Part shown: positions 50,910 to 63,610 of the stretch, piece by piece
Layout of the letters: every line of letters begins with the position of its first letter
How positions within the stretch are numbered: position 1 is the stretch's first letter
Assembly: GCA_030324005.1 (NCBI GenBank)
Contig: JARDVH010000042.1
Span: 88,805,867-88,869,866 of the forward strand
Direction of reading: 5' to 3'
Length of the DNA: 64,000 nucleotides
From: Negaprion brevirostris
Taxonomy: Eukaryota
Notes under the pieces: model-generated
What the model was told of the DNA's origin: nothing
What the model saw: only the letters and a program-made list of their open reading frames with translations
Databases searched by the model: none
Program-made: the position numbers and the translations under genes

Positions 50910-51330
50910 ATGTTTTTTTTATGCATCTGTAGGATTGCTGACGAGGCCACTGCTTATTGCTCATCCCCAGTTACCCTTGAAAAGTTGACAGGGAGAACGA
51001 CAACAATCCTTGTTGTAGGTGCACCCATAGTGCTGTTGGGCAGGGACTTTGACCCAGCCACAGTAGAGGAGTGGCAATATGTTTCCGTCAGGATAGTGTG
51101 TAACTTGATGGGAACTTGCAGGCGGTAGTGTTTCCATGTGCTTTTGCACTTGTTCTTTTAAGTGGTAGAGTTTGTGACTTTGGAAGAAGCCCTGCCAAGT
51201 TGCTGAAGTTATAGCAGCACCAGCAAGGTTCAACAACTGTAAACTACATACCAGTGGTGGATGGGATTCGGTGGGCTTCTTTACCCTGCATGGTGCCTGG
51301 TTTCTTGAGTGTTGTTCAAGTTGCAGTCAT
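50910..51330 (-). mobile_element. Decayed CR1-group LINE 3' end
   Basis: TTATTGCTCATCCCCAGTTACCCTTGA tail; TTTGACCCAGCCACAGTAGAGGAGTGGCAATAT. Confidence 0.65.
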
Positions 51331-51344
51331 CTAGGGGGCGGAAG

Positions 51345-51547
51345 TAATGGGGAAGGGCAGGGGAGGAGTGTGAAGCAGGTTGAGACAATTGGGAAGTAGA
51401 CTGAGGGTAAAGCAGGCCAGGATCATTGGGAAGCAGATAGGGAGAAGGATGAAGCAGGACGGGATCATTGGGAAGCAGAACCGGGAGGAGGGTGAAGCAG
51501 GATGGGATCACTGGGAAGCAGAGCAGGGGGAGGAGGATACAGCAGGT
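51345..51547 (+). repeat. Purine-rich minisatellite, ~43-bp unit, 4-5 copies
   Basis: Repeated GAAGCAGG...GGATCATTGGGAAGCAGA. Confidence 0.8.
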
Positions 51548-51639
51548 CAGATTCAGTTATACGACTGAAACTGATGTTTATCTGGGGAGAGCAGCCCGAG
51601 TTCAGTCCATGGCACCTCAGCTGTAAAGCGCGTGCATAA

Positions 51640-53280
51640 AGAAGATTGGTGAAGAAAAAGCGATAGGCGATTCAATAGTTCAGGGGACAGCTAGATATTT
51701 CTCTGGCTGCAGATGTGAACCAGGATGGTATATTGCTTCTCTGCCGCCACAAGTCAAGAATACAACTATTCAATGACAGAGAACCCTGACAGGAGAAGAT
51801 AAATACCAGCTGGTTGTGTTCCATGTCTGTACCAATGACATAGGCAGTAAGAGGGATGTGATCCTGCAATCAGAATCTCAATAGCTAGGTAAGAAATTGG
51901 AAAGCAGTATCTCAAAAGCATCCAGATTACACCTGGTACCACGCAGAACTGAGTAACGAAACTGAAGGATACAGCAGATTAATGTATTGTTGGACACAAA
52001 ATGTGGGAGATTCTTAGTAACAGTTCTGGGAGGGATGGGACCTATACACACTAGATTGGGTTGCATCCAAGCTGAGTTGGGACCAATTCTCTTATCGGGC
52101 AATTTATTGGGGAGACGGGGCTATGGGAACCAGGCGGTTGTACTAGAGGGAAACACAATGGTGCATACAAGGTGTTCATGAAAGATAGGAAGGAAAGGAG
52201 AAGGGATAGCATTTTTGATTAAGGAGGGCATTTCAGTACCAGAGAGTATTTCCCAGATGGATAAAGGACAAAATCTATTGGATTCAAGCTCAAGAACATG
52301 TAAAGTGCAGTTATGTTGCTTGGTGTNNNNNNNNNNNNNNNNNNNNNNNNNNNNNNNNNNNNNNNNNNNNNNNNNNNNNNNNNNNNNNNNNNNNNNNNNN
52401 NNNNNNNNNNNNNNNNNNNNGTCTGGATAATTAATATGGCAGAGAGAGGTAAGATTTTCTATAATGTGTTCAGGATAAATCTTTGAAATACTCACAGTCC
52501 AATGCACAGTTCCCATGAAAGAAAAAAGGCAAACAATCCAGAGACCCCGGTTCGCCAAGCCAGTGAGATTGCCTCCAGTGATGAAGGTGAAACAGAAAAA
52601 GTACACTAATGACTGTTAATATAATAGCACCAGGCAGAGTATGGAAGATTCCAGTGGGAATTGGGAAAGCAACAGGTAACTAACAGAACATGGAAGTCAA
52701 CAGATTTTCATCAGCATATAAAGTGAAAGGGGAATAAGAGGAGGAGTAGATCAATTTGAGACGTAAAAGGGGATTTTATGCATGAGGGCAGGGATACAAA
52801 ATTAATACTTTGCATCTGTCTTTACCAAGGAAGAACATACTGCTCAAGTCATTGTGAAAGAGGAGGTAATTCAGATAATTAAGGAAATGGTATTGGGTAG
52901 GTTTCCTGTTTTTTTTTTAAGTTGGTTAGACACCAGGATCAGATGCACTGCATCCTAGGATACTGAGGAAAGTAACAATGGAAATTGTGAAGGCACTGGC
53001 TGCATTTTTCTGATCTTTCTTAGGTTTGTGGGGTGGGGGTAGATTTCACAGATTCATGCTAATTAGGAAAAGAAGCAATAGTGATGTGAGGAGAGGGTTT
53101 TTCACGCAGTTCTGGAATGCACTCCCTGAGACTGTGGTGGAGGCAAGGTCAGTTAAGGTTTTCAAAATGGTATCGGGAAAAGGAAGGGGGTGGGACTAAC
53201 TGAATTGCTCCCTCGGAGGGCTCGTAGAGAGACAGTGGGCTTACTGGCCTCTTTCTGAGCTGTAGTCACTCTTGTGACCT
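51640..53280 (+). mobile_element. Internally deleted CR1 LINE: ORF1 esterase, ORF2 pieces, 3' tail
   Basis: ATAGGCGATTCAATAGTTCAGGGGACA = IGDSIVQGT (SGNH/GDSL motif of CR1 ORF1); endonuclease-like DRKERRRD.A.LIKE near 52180; TAATACTTTGCATCTGTCTTTACCAAGGAA; CR1 3' end TGGAATGCACTCCCTGAGACTGTGGTGGAGGC. Confidence 0.75.
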
Positions 53281-54126
53281 GTTGTATGTGGAAACATATA
53301 TCCTTCTGATTTTGTATTCAAAATTTTGAGCTATAGAATTACATAGAAAACTCATGTTTTTTCCACATTCATATCAAAAAAATCAAGTATTTGTGAGGTA
53401 CTAGAGGCACAAGAAAACTTGGATTCTGCTGTATTTAATACTGAAGCATCACTGATACTGGCTTGCTTAGAACATGAATAGTCTGTTGATTGAAACCATG
53501 CAAAGGTGACATTGGAAAGTCCTTTGTCCTGATCTGAAAAGGAAGTATTCTAGGCTCCATAAATTTAAGAAATAAAATGCTTTCCATAAATCCACAATGT
53601 ATGTGCACAATTTTCCCCTGTTCAGTTGAACTGGAGAGCAAGAATTCTCCTGTCCCATCTGCCATGGGAATTGTAAAGGGGGAAGGATGGGGGGAGATCA
53701 TGAAAAGGATCATTGACCTTGGGTGGGATTCTCCTGTTTTGCAGTGAGTGCAGGCCAGCGATCCCACCGCAGATGTGTGCTTCTGTATTGAGAGAAAGGT
53801 AATGATGCAGATCTGATTGCTAGAACTGTCGCAGATGGATTTGTGTCAGAGTGGATCAAAGCAGTAAATGTAGGACCAAAATCAGAATGGGCATTACATC
53901 TATTAAAGTTGATCATGGTTTTTTCCATATTGCGACAGTGATTCAGTGTAGCTAAATCTCTAAAATACTGTAAGGTTATATTTTAATAATAGACAAGCGT
54001 TCTGAAAACCACCCCCCTTCCCCCAAGTAATGGGAAATCAATTAGCAGCAGATGGTGCTTATCTTGGAGCTACTTACTCTCAGACAGTCATCCGGATGTC
54101 CCTTGATTTACTTACAATTATTATAG

Positions 54127-54350
54127 ATAGTCATTTGGTACAAAACTCACTGAACAAAGAGAAATGCTATCCAAGCTTTTCATCTTGCACTCAAAACAAT
54201 CAGGACAAATAATGCATTTCCTATGGCAACACTTCTACCAATCAGAATCCACTTCCGAACCAATCGTACTGTTCTCGTGCAGTACAAATTGTTGTTCTCT
54301 TTACAATTGGGCTTCTTGTGAATTGTCCTGATGAGTACAAAATGAATACA
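54127..54350. mobile_element. Hammerhead-bearing element family C with inverted ends
   Basis: Left: AAGCTTTTCATCTTGCACTCA[aaaca]ATCAGGACAA (minus-strand core, interrupted); right: TTGTCCTGATGAGTACAAAATGAA (plus-strand core). Confidence 0.75.
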
Positions 54351-56014
54351 ATTATTATATTAAATGTGACAGCTTTTCCTAAAGACTGGAGTTATTACAG
54401 TTCACATCTTATTGGTGAGTATTTCTCATGCTAATACTAGCACACTGTTAAGGTTGTTTCTGTGGTCCATAATTTCACCTTTTATGGTTTGCTGAAAATT
54501 AGGGAGATGGGGGCATTTGCTGACCATCCTCCTGCTGTAACTGTACTATTGTTCTCTTGATACCGCAGAAAAGCAAAAGTCAAATACTGTTGCAACTTTT
54601 TTTATTCTGAATGCGCCTTCCCCTTTTGAAGCGATTCTTCCAGGTGAGCACATATTCACTCCTTTGCAGAACTAAGCCAACAGGAAACAAGCTTGAATGA
54701 TTTATCATCACATACCTGTCTAAGGATAACCAGCCTTATTTGTTGGAACAAACTGCAGATGCTGCACTGGTAATGTCCATCTCTTTCAGATTTGATATAT
54801 TGCAACTAAACTTCATCCTTTCATCATCCAGTTCAGAACTTCAATTTGATTCATGCTCTGCTCATCCAAAACAACATAATATTTGTGTTGTGTAATTATC
54901 ACTGCTGATTAACATTAAGGAACCTCAGTAGTCAGAAATGAAGTCACGTTATTGATATTATCCAAGATTCTGGCTAGTGGATTGTAACTGATTTCACAAG
55001 AAAGTAGCAGCCAATGTACTGAAACAATCCATTCATAAAACTATTTTGTGGGTCAATTTTATTTATCAAAGCCTCTCTTGGATATTGTATTTGACCCCAT
55101 ATTATGTTATTTGTTATATGGAACCACTTGACCAGGCAACATTGCTGTAATTCGGAGCAAAATCTTGAGAGCAAAAAAAAGTAGAAGAATTATTAATTAT
55201 CCACTTTTTTCTTAATTAGATTCGTGATTATTTTAATATTTCCTGCCAGCCTTGGTTACTAGTTGTCCTGTATCTAGTTTTTAAAATTTATTTCCATGGT
55301 TTAGGATGATTAGAGACAAAACTCTTATTTGAAATAATTCATCGTCTTCAATTACTTCCCAGTTGACCTGACTCCCAAGGAAATTTTTTTTTCAAGGATA
55401 ATTTGGCAGTTGATTTTTTCCCAACTAAAATCTATCTTTTTGATATTGAGTAACTGAAATCATTCAGATCAAGGGGAGAGTGTATGGCTGGAAAAAGGGC
55501 AACCTTTTCATCTAACTCTAGGTTTCTCCAATATCTTCTTGCCTATTTTTGTAGTTAATCTAGAGGTTATTTGCAATTAATACCTTTGCCATTCTAAGTA
55601 TGTTTGCTCCTGCGTACTAAAAATATATTTTTTATAGATGATATTGTGCGTACAGAGGGAGAAAATGGGGGAGGGAGCATATATTAGTTGGAATTATTTG
55701 ATTCTTCAGCAAATTCTCTGGAATCCTTGCGAAAGAAGATCAGCAAAATCTCCTAATCATACCAACTAAGAATGACCATAGTGGGTTGGGGATCTTTTGC
55801 AACACCCTTCTAATCTGGTTACAATCCTGATCTTGGTTAGTGGATTAACAGTTTATCAATCCAAATTGGGAAAGATTATTTTCTGGACAAGTTTTCTCAT
55901 TATCCAGGGGGATTACCCTTAGATAAACTGAACCATGCCCTACCCACCCCAGTTCGCATCGCAACTATTTAAAAGAAAAGCAATTCGCAGATATTCTACA
56001 TTCAGCAAAAAAAA

Positions 56015-56106
56015 GTTCGCATTTACAAATAGCCTCACAAGCACTGGACATCTTGAAGCACCTTGCAGCCAATGGAAGTGCTTGAAGTGTAATCACTGTT
56101 GTAATA
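56015..56106 (-). mobile_element. Deu-domain SINE 3' tail
   Basis: GCAGCCAATGGAAGTGCTTGAAGTGTAATCACTGTTGTAAT, reverse of the tail at 25985-26080. Confidence 0.6.
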
Positions 56107-57069
56107 GAAGAACTTCTAATCTCCAGGCTTTAACCTAAAAAATTTATGAAAATGTTTCTACCTTCCTTGCCATTGAAACTTGGGCAAACATTTGGTGATT
56201 TCAGTTACAGCCTGGTTGAACTTGTCAATATCTAACAAACTCCCTTTACCTTTTCTTGTGCTATTGAATGGCTAGCCGTTCACATCAGTTTCTTTATTTC
56301 CTTCACATAACCATTCCAATTCCCTCTTCCTTTGTACCTTCATATCAAAAGGGAGCACTTCTGATAATCAATTTTATTACCTGCCTAGTTTGTGGCATAA
56401 CTTTGTAGAAGGTGTAGTTGAACTGCTTGACGCAACATAAACATAATTTAGCTTTCTGATGCACTTGTGTTCAGGAAAATTGTTTGGGGGGGTCAACCAT
56501 CATCAGTCATTTGGCTGTAGCATTAATCTCAGTTATTTGTCTTGTGTGCTGTTGCATGATTGCATAGACATCAGTTCATCTGCAGGTATATGTGTGTGCC
56601 CAATCCTCCTNNNNNNNNNNNNNNNNNNNNNNNNNNNNNNNNNNNNNNNNNNNNNNNNNNNNNNNNNNNNNNNNNNNNNNNNNNNNNNNNNNNNNNNNNN
56701 NNNNNNNNNNCCAATCCTCCTTTAAGTACTTAATACTATTTCCATCATTGTGGTATTACGTTTTCCAACAGTGTAAAACATAGCCTTTCAAAATGAAAAA
56801 TCGGCGATGAAACCTTTTGGATTGCTGAACCCAATTCCGAAATGTTAAGCTTGTTTCCTGTCATTGCCATTTCCCATGACTAATTCATTAGCTTTCCAGA
56901 TCCCATAGTATTTATTTTTCTCTCTGGGTTTAGGCACCAATTTTACAAGTAAAGGAAAGATATTTTGAGAAATTTGTCAATATTGGGGGAAGGGAAAACC
57001 CTCATCAGGCAGCCCTTCTGCTGGATTGCAAATTAAAACTTAAGTTGTAGTTAATCCACTTGGCGCCTC

Positions 57070-57782
57070 AAGCCATTCAGTGAAATCAGCACTGATCTGA
57101 TCTTAGCCTCAATTGCACTTATCCTATATATCCCTCATAACCCTTGACTGTATTATAGTTCATGAATTTAACACTACTTTTGATATATTCAGTGACTGAG
57201 TCTACACAGCTGTTAGGTAGGGAATTAACAGCTTTGAGAAGAAATTCTTCTTGCCTTAAATAGGACATGCTTATTTGTAACTGTACCCCCTAGTCTGGTT
57301 CCTCCCACCCCACAAGGGGGAACCTTCAGCATCCACCCTGTCAAGACCCCCTCAATCTTTTAGGCTTCAACTAAATCACCTCTTATTCTTCTGAAATTCA
57401 AGGAGAAGGGGCTCAACCTTACTGTATGCAGTAAATGTGATCTTTCCCAATGTCCTGTAAAGTTGTAGCAAGATTTCACTACTTTTATACTGCATTCCTG
57501 TTGTAGTAAACCTAAATATTTCATTCACTTTCATTATTTGCCGTACCTTGAGAGACACCCAAGAACCTCCATCCTCAACATTTTGTCGTGTCTCTCCACT
57601 GAAATAATATTCTACTTTTCTGTTCTGTACACCAAAGTAGACAACTTCACATGTTCTCACCTTATACGGAATCTTTTTGCCCACAGGCTTAACCTATACG
57701 TATCCCTTTTGCAGATTTTTGCCCTCAGGCTTAACCTATCCATATCCCTTTTACAGATTTTTTTGGATCCTTCTCAACTTGC
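57070..57782 (-). mobile_element. CR1 LINE 3' fragment with internal 42-bp tandem duplication
   Basis: KCEVVYFG-like, GMQYKSSEILLQLYRTL; 57674-57715 is duplicated at 57716-57757. Confidence 0.75.
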
Positions 57783-57871
57783 AACACAAACACAGATGGA
57801 AAAAGCAATTACGTTATTCTCTTATAATGAGAATAATCTAAAATTAGTTTTGTTAAAGGTCATTTATCACT

Positions 57872-58166
57872 TCAGTGCTATAGTGGGAGTGCTGGACTGT
57901 CAGAGGCACATCTTTGTGATGAGACACTAAACTGTGATCCTGTCTGCCTTTTGCTGGATGGAAAAGGTTTTGTGGATCAATGTGAAGAAGAGCGAGGAGT
58001 TTGTCTGATATCTTAGTGCAGCACTGCAAACAATATCTGACTATTGTTTTCTTTTTGATTTGGGGAATTGGTGTGCAAATTGGCTGCCATTCTAATAGTG
58101 ACTACACTATCAAAGCATTTTTGGACATCTTGAAGTTGTGAACAGTGCTATAAAATGCAAGTTTTT
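57872..58166 (+). mobile_element. Deu-domain SINE (SacSINE1-like)
   Basis: GATGAGACACTAAACTGTGATCCTGTCTGCC...GAAGAAGAGCGAGGAGTT...TGTGCAAATTGGCTGCC...GTGCTATAAAATGCAAGT. Confidence 0.75.
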
Positions 58167-59639
58167 GAAATGGCATACTGAAATTGTACCTTGTTGTTCA
58201 GTGTTCCTTCATTCTATCAAGAATATTAAGTTATTTATTTCCATTGTCTGTGGTATCAGTCTTTCAATATTTGGCACAAAACGTGATTAATTTTTAGCTG
58301 CAGGAGTGAGTTGAGATGGCCTTAACATAAGGTTTTCTAACTTGAGATTGAATGGTCATTCTGTTACTTTCTCCTAGCTAATGGACAGCAGACAAGTGAA
58401 CTGTTTAATTAAGACTGCTTAAATATGAGGCGTACAATGAGGGGTTGAGGAGGGGCTAGCAGGAACAGGATGAGTGAACCAGAGACTTTGCAGATCTCAC
58501 AATTAGTGTACAGCAGCAGGTAGAAGAAATCAAATGGATGAAATCAAAAAGGAAGCAACTTGGTATTTTAAATTTAATGCACCAATTTAATCAATTAGCA
58601 AAAACTGTATAGATTTGAGGGAATTTGTTGGTTCCATGGATAAGCATATTATCCTTTCACCTCAGACTTGGAATCAAGCCAGAATCGTGGGACTGTAGTT
58701 GTGTTATGAAATTGAAGATTGCCACTGCAATTCTACTTCAACCAATGCTATAGCATAAAAATGACCTAATACATAAAAATTAGAAACAGGGGTCTGCCAT
58801 TTGGCCCTTCGAAATTTCTCCACCATCCAACAAACAATGACTGAAATCCTACCTCACTTCTAACTTTCCACACAATCCCCATAATCCCTCTTAATTTTCT
58901 TTGTACCAAAAGATCTACCAATATCTATGTCTTCATAACTTTCTTGGGTAGAGAATTCCAAACATTGCAACTTTTGAGAGAAGGCATTTTTCTCCATGTC
59001 TCTCAATGGTTGAGATCATGAAACTGTTTTAGATTCCCTACCTTGGACAAACATATTTTCTCACTATTTATTTTGTCAGTCTGTTGTGAGCATAAAATCC
59101 ATTGCACAAACAGCACAATTTGAGGTTTGAAATTGCTTTGTCTTAAGTTAAACCATTATTATTGCGATACTGAAGGCTGCTGTTCAGGAGATGCCTAGCT
59201 CTCAGAACAGATTATTTTCATTTGCAGATGTCACTACTTAATGAGAACAATTAATTTTCCTTTTACATATTCAAATTCAAGAGTAAAAATAGGAAATGCT
59301 CCCCCTAAAAATTGGAGGGGGGGGGGTTTGAATTTTTACTTCACCTTTTAATGTCAACAAAGATCTGTAGAAATCCCCCAGAAAGGCGCAAATGCAAATT
59401 TTCCTTCTGTTTTTGGGAAAATCTCCAGCTCTCTTTTTTTCCCCATCCCCTGCCATTATCTTCTTTCTGTCAAGAGAATTAAACTTGGATTGCTGTAAAA
59501 ATTAGTTTGGCTCCGCAAAGTCATTGCTTTAAAACAATGATCAGTAAGTGCAGAAGTATTGGAAATGTTGCTTTAACAGACCACTTAGTTCTACACAAGG
59601 GCCAATTCAGCACCTGTAATTTTATTACTCCACTGAAAA

Positions 59640-60430
59640 TAATTTGCACTTAACAGCACCTTTTTGATATGGTAAACATCGCAAAATGTAAGAAAGTCGT
59701 GAAAGAAAAAAATCAACAGCAGACAACCAGCTTTGTCAGAGCAGGTTTTAAAGAGCAGTTGAAATGAGACAAGAAGAGGTTATGAAGGGAATTTGAGAGC
59801 TTGGNNNNNNNNNNNNNNNNNNNNNNNNNNNNNNNNNNNNNNNNNNNNNNNNNNNNNNNNNNNNNNNNNNNNNNNNNNNNNNNNNNNNNNNNNNNNNNNN
59901 NNNNGAGCAGTTGAAATGAGACAAGCAGAGGTTATGAAGGGAATTTGAGAGCTTGGGATCTTGGCAGCTGAAGATACTTGAAGAAATTTGAGTGTGTATG
60001 AAAGACTAGAAGTGGAGGAGTGTTGAGAGCTTGGATGGCTCTAGAAATAGAGGACTTAGAGATGGGGACAGCTGAAACTATAAAGGGATTTGAAAATGAT
60101 AAGAATTTTAAAAAGGTGTTGCCAGTCTGGGAGACTGTGTAGGTCAATGAGTGATTTAGTGAGAGTTGGGATATTGGTAGCATGGGTTTATGATTGAGGA
60201 TGCAAGAAGGGGGTCAGTCATTTGGAGCATTGGGATAGTCTAGAGGTTACAAAAGCATGGATGAGAGGTTCTGGAGCAGATGAGCTGAGGTAGGAGTGGA
60301 AACTAGTGATGATATGGGGATGACAGTGGGCAGCCTAGGTGATAAGATGATGTAAGGTTCTGTTCTGGCAAGTATGAAACCAAGGATGCCAACGGTCTGG
60401 TTCTGCTGAACTGAGGGCTGAATTCCATTT
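59640..60430 (-). mobile_element. Decayed L2 LINE 3' region
   Basis: TTTGCACTTAACAGCACCTTT tail; reverse FLKFLSFSNPFIV pattern matching the L2 at 17900-17990. Confidence 0.65.
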
Positions 60431-60614
60431 GCTTGTAGAGAAAATAATTTCACTTCAGGGCAGACCATGGTTAGGAATCAGAAGTAGAAAAGAGTCACAG
60501 ATAAATCCATTAGAGAATTTAGAAGAAAACTCTTCATTGAGAAACTGATTTAGAATGTGGAAATAGTAGTTCAATAAATATCAGATTGGTTTAACGTGGA
60601 AGTGACATAATCAC

Positions 60615-61546
60615 ATGTCTTAGGCCCAACCATCTTCAGTTGCTTCATCAAAACCTTTCTTCTATCATAAAGTGAGGATGTGCAGTCATCAGTGAACAAT
60701 GGGTAAAAGCAAATTACTGCGGATGCTGGAATCTGAAACCAGAAAAGAAAATGCTGGAAAATCTCAGCAGATCTGGCGGCATCTGTAAGGAGAGAAAAGA
60801 ACTGACATTTCAAGTCTAGATGACCCTTTTTCAAAGCTTTGACAAAAGATCATCTGGATTCGAAACCTCAGCTCTTTTTTTCTCTCCTTACAGGTAATGC
60901 TAGACTATCAGTGAACAATGTTCAGTATTGTTCGCAACTCCTCAAATACTGAAGCAGTACGTGTCCAATTGAAGCAAGACCTGAACAGTATCCAAGATTG
61001 GATTGACAAGTAGAATTTGAGCTACATGAGTGCTGGGCAATGACTACCTCCAACAAGAGAGGATTTAACCATTACCCTTTGACATTCAATGACATTACCA
61101 TCGCTGAATCTCTGATTATTAGCATCCTGCGAATTACCATTGGCCAGAAACTGTATTGGCCTAGTCATATAAAAACTGTGGCTACCAGAGCAAGTCAAAA
61201 GCTAGGAATCCTACAGCGAGTAACTTGCCTCCTGCAGGGCCCCGCCCCCCACAAGGCACAAATCAGGAACTTATTAGAATACTGTCCACTTGCCTGGATG
61301 AGTGCAGCTCAAACGACATTGAAGACAAAGTAGCCTGATTGATTACCACCTCTTCCACAAACATTTAATGCCTTAACCTCCAATGAATAGTGGCAGCCAT
61401 GTGTACCAACTACAAGTTGCACTGCAGGAACTCACCAAGGAATTAGGCAGCACCATGGTCACTGCCACCTTCTCAAGGGCAACTAGGGATGAGCAATAAA
61501 TGCTGGGCCAACCAGCGACGCGCACATCCCATATATGCATGAAAAA
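60615..61546 (+). mobile_element. CR1-group LINE RT and 3' end, interrupted at the catalytic motif region
   Basis: LGPTIFSCFI..., KQDLNSIQDWIDK, HIKTVATRASQKLGILQRV, KAQIRNLLEYCPLAWMSAA; tail CTCAAGGGCAACTAGGGATGAGCAATAAATGCTGG. Confidence 0.85.
60702..60906. mobile_element. Fold-back hammerhead-family insertion with 14-bp target-site duplication
   Basis: ATCAGTGAACAATG at 60688-60701 and 60907-60920; palindrome centred on TCAAAGCTTTGA. Confidence 0.85.
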
Positions 61547-62239
61547 TGAGGGCAAATCAAATGCAAAGTTATATTACCGTTGGATGAAGATGAATGGGTG
61601 GAAACTTATATGGAGTATGAATGCTAGTATGGACCAGTTGAGGTAACTGGGCTGATTTGAATTTCAACCAGTTTGCTTGTTAAAAGTCATGTTGTGNNNN
61701 NNNNNNNNNNNNNNNNNNNNNNNNNNNNNNNNNNNNNNNNNNNNNNNNNNNNNNNNNNNNNNNNNNNNNNNNNNNNNNNNNNNNNNNNNNNNNNNNNNNN
61801 NNNNNNNNNNNNNNNNNNNNNNNNNNNNNNNNNNNNNNNNNNNNNNNNNNNNNNNNNNNNNNNNNNNNNNNNNNNNNNNNNNNNNNNNNNNNNNNNNNNN
61901 NNNNNNNNNNNNNNNNNNNNNNNNNNNNNNNNNNNNNNNNNNNNNNNNNNNNNNNNNNNNGTGATATTGGACTCTATTGCTTCAAACAAACAATATCTCG
62001 TTACTGCATCTATATATTCATCAATGCTTATGACGAGGAACATAGAAGTTCTGTAGCTTCTTTTCACAATGGCTTGTAGATCCCTATTGCCACTTTTGAG
62101 ATTCACCTTTTGAATATTAAACCATGCCTTTGTGTGTCCCTTCCAAACTTAGCTAGTCGAATGATTTTTGGTTAAATATCCCAAGCCCTACCCTATAAAC
62201 TGTGACCTATTCAAAACTCTGGTGTATGTATCCCAATAG

Positions 62240-62960
62240 AAGGACATGTTAATAGGGTGGTGTAAAAGGCATATGGGATACTTGCCTTAATCAATTAAGG
62301 CATAGATTAGAAAAGCAGGGAAGTCATGTTGGTGTTGTGTAGAATTTTGTGTGAGGCCAGTGTACTGTGTGCAGTTCATGTCGCCACATTATAGGAAGGA
62401 TGTGATTGCACTGAAGGGGATACAGAGGAGATTCACCAGGATACTGCCTGGGATAGAATATTTTAAGTTATGAAGAGAGGTTGGGTAGGCTTGGGTTGTT
62501 TTTGTTAGAACAGTCAAGACTGAGGGATGACCTGATTGAGATGAACAAGATTGAGGGCATGGATGGGTTGGATAAGGAGCAGCTGTTCCCCTTAGAAGAA
62601 AGATCAGTCATGAGGGGACACAAGCTCAAAGTGAGGGACAGGAAGTTTGTTCAAAGTCACGTTGGAATAATAGTTTTTGAGGAAGCATGGAATTTGTCAC
62701 CTGGTACTTGTGTACTTTGCTCAGATTCTCTCTCTTTGTTCAAAATGGTGGTGATTGTCTGAAATGCATTGCGTGGGAGGGTAATAGAGATAGCTTGCCT
62801 CTCATTCTTTTGAAAAGTACCTGCATGAGTACTTGGCATGTCATAACATTCAAGGCCAAGACCAAGTGTTGATAAGTGGGATTAGATGGGAGGTCTGGTG
62901 TTTCACACGTCAGTACAGAATTGATGGCCCGAAGGGCCTCTTCTGCACTGTATTGTTGTT
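62240..62960 (+). mobile_element. CR1 LINE 3' end
   Basis: KAYGILA, PHYRKDVIALKGIQRRFTRILPG, RLGLFLLEQSRLRDDLIE, tail ATGGCCCGAAGGGCCTCTTCTGCACTGTA. Confidence 0.9.
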
Positions 62961-62974
62961 ATCCATTGATTGTT

Positions 62975-63275
62975 ATCCATTGACCTACCGTTACTTGCTT
63001 TTTGCCTCCCTTCCATTTCAAACACTGGTGTCACATTGGCTGTTTTCCAATCTTTTGGTGCTTCTCCAGAGTCCACAGATTTTTGGAAGATTATAACTGA
63101 TGCATCCACTATCTCTGCGCTGCTTCTTTTAGGATCCTAGGATGCAAGCCATCAGGCCAGGGGACTTGTCTGCCTTTAAGTCCATTAGTGTGTCTAATAC
63201 TATTCTCTATTGATCGCACTTAATTCCTCCCCCATATTCTTAGGATGTTGGAAGTATCTTCCACTGTTATAAATG
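62975..63275 (-). mobile_element. CR1 ORF2 internal fragment
   Basis: DASVIIFQKSVDSGEAPKDWKTANVTPVF..GRQKASN; ADKSPGPDGLHPRILKE upstream. Confidence 0.9.
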
Positions 63276-63277
63276 TA

Positions 63278-63600
63278 TTGGAAGGCAGCCATCTTAAACA
63301 CTTGTCCACATGGTGTAGGTATATCTACTGTGCTATTAGGAAAGGCTTTCCAAGATTTTGACCCAGTGACTGTAAAGAAATGGTAGTAAATTTGAGTCGG
63401 CATGGTGTTTGGCTTGGAGGGGTACTTGCAGATGTTCCCATGCATCTGCTACCCTTGTCCTTCTTGAAGGTAGAATTTGTGGAAGGTGCTGCTGGAGGAG
63501 CCTGGATGAATTGCTGCGATGTATTTTGTAGATGTGCACATGTCATAGAATACTCTGCACTTGCTTGGATGAGTCCAGCTCCAATACCTTTCAAGAAACT
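63278..63600 (-). mobile_element. CR1-group LINE 3' end
   Basis: TTTTGACCCAGTGACTGTAAAGAAATGG...CCCATGCATCTGCTACCCTTGTCCTTCT, homologous to 13960-14110. Confidence 0.75.
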
Positions 63601-63610
63601 CAGTAGCATC

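Noticed and set aside
51345-51547. CRISPR-like array
   Set aside because: Vertebrate DNA, degenerate units without unique spacers, no cas genes.
59745-59956. ~50-bp direct repeat around a gap (also 56599-56720)
   Set aside because: Gap-flank duplication; not evidence of a TSD or array.
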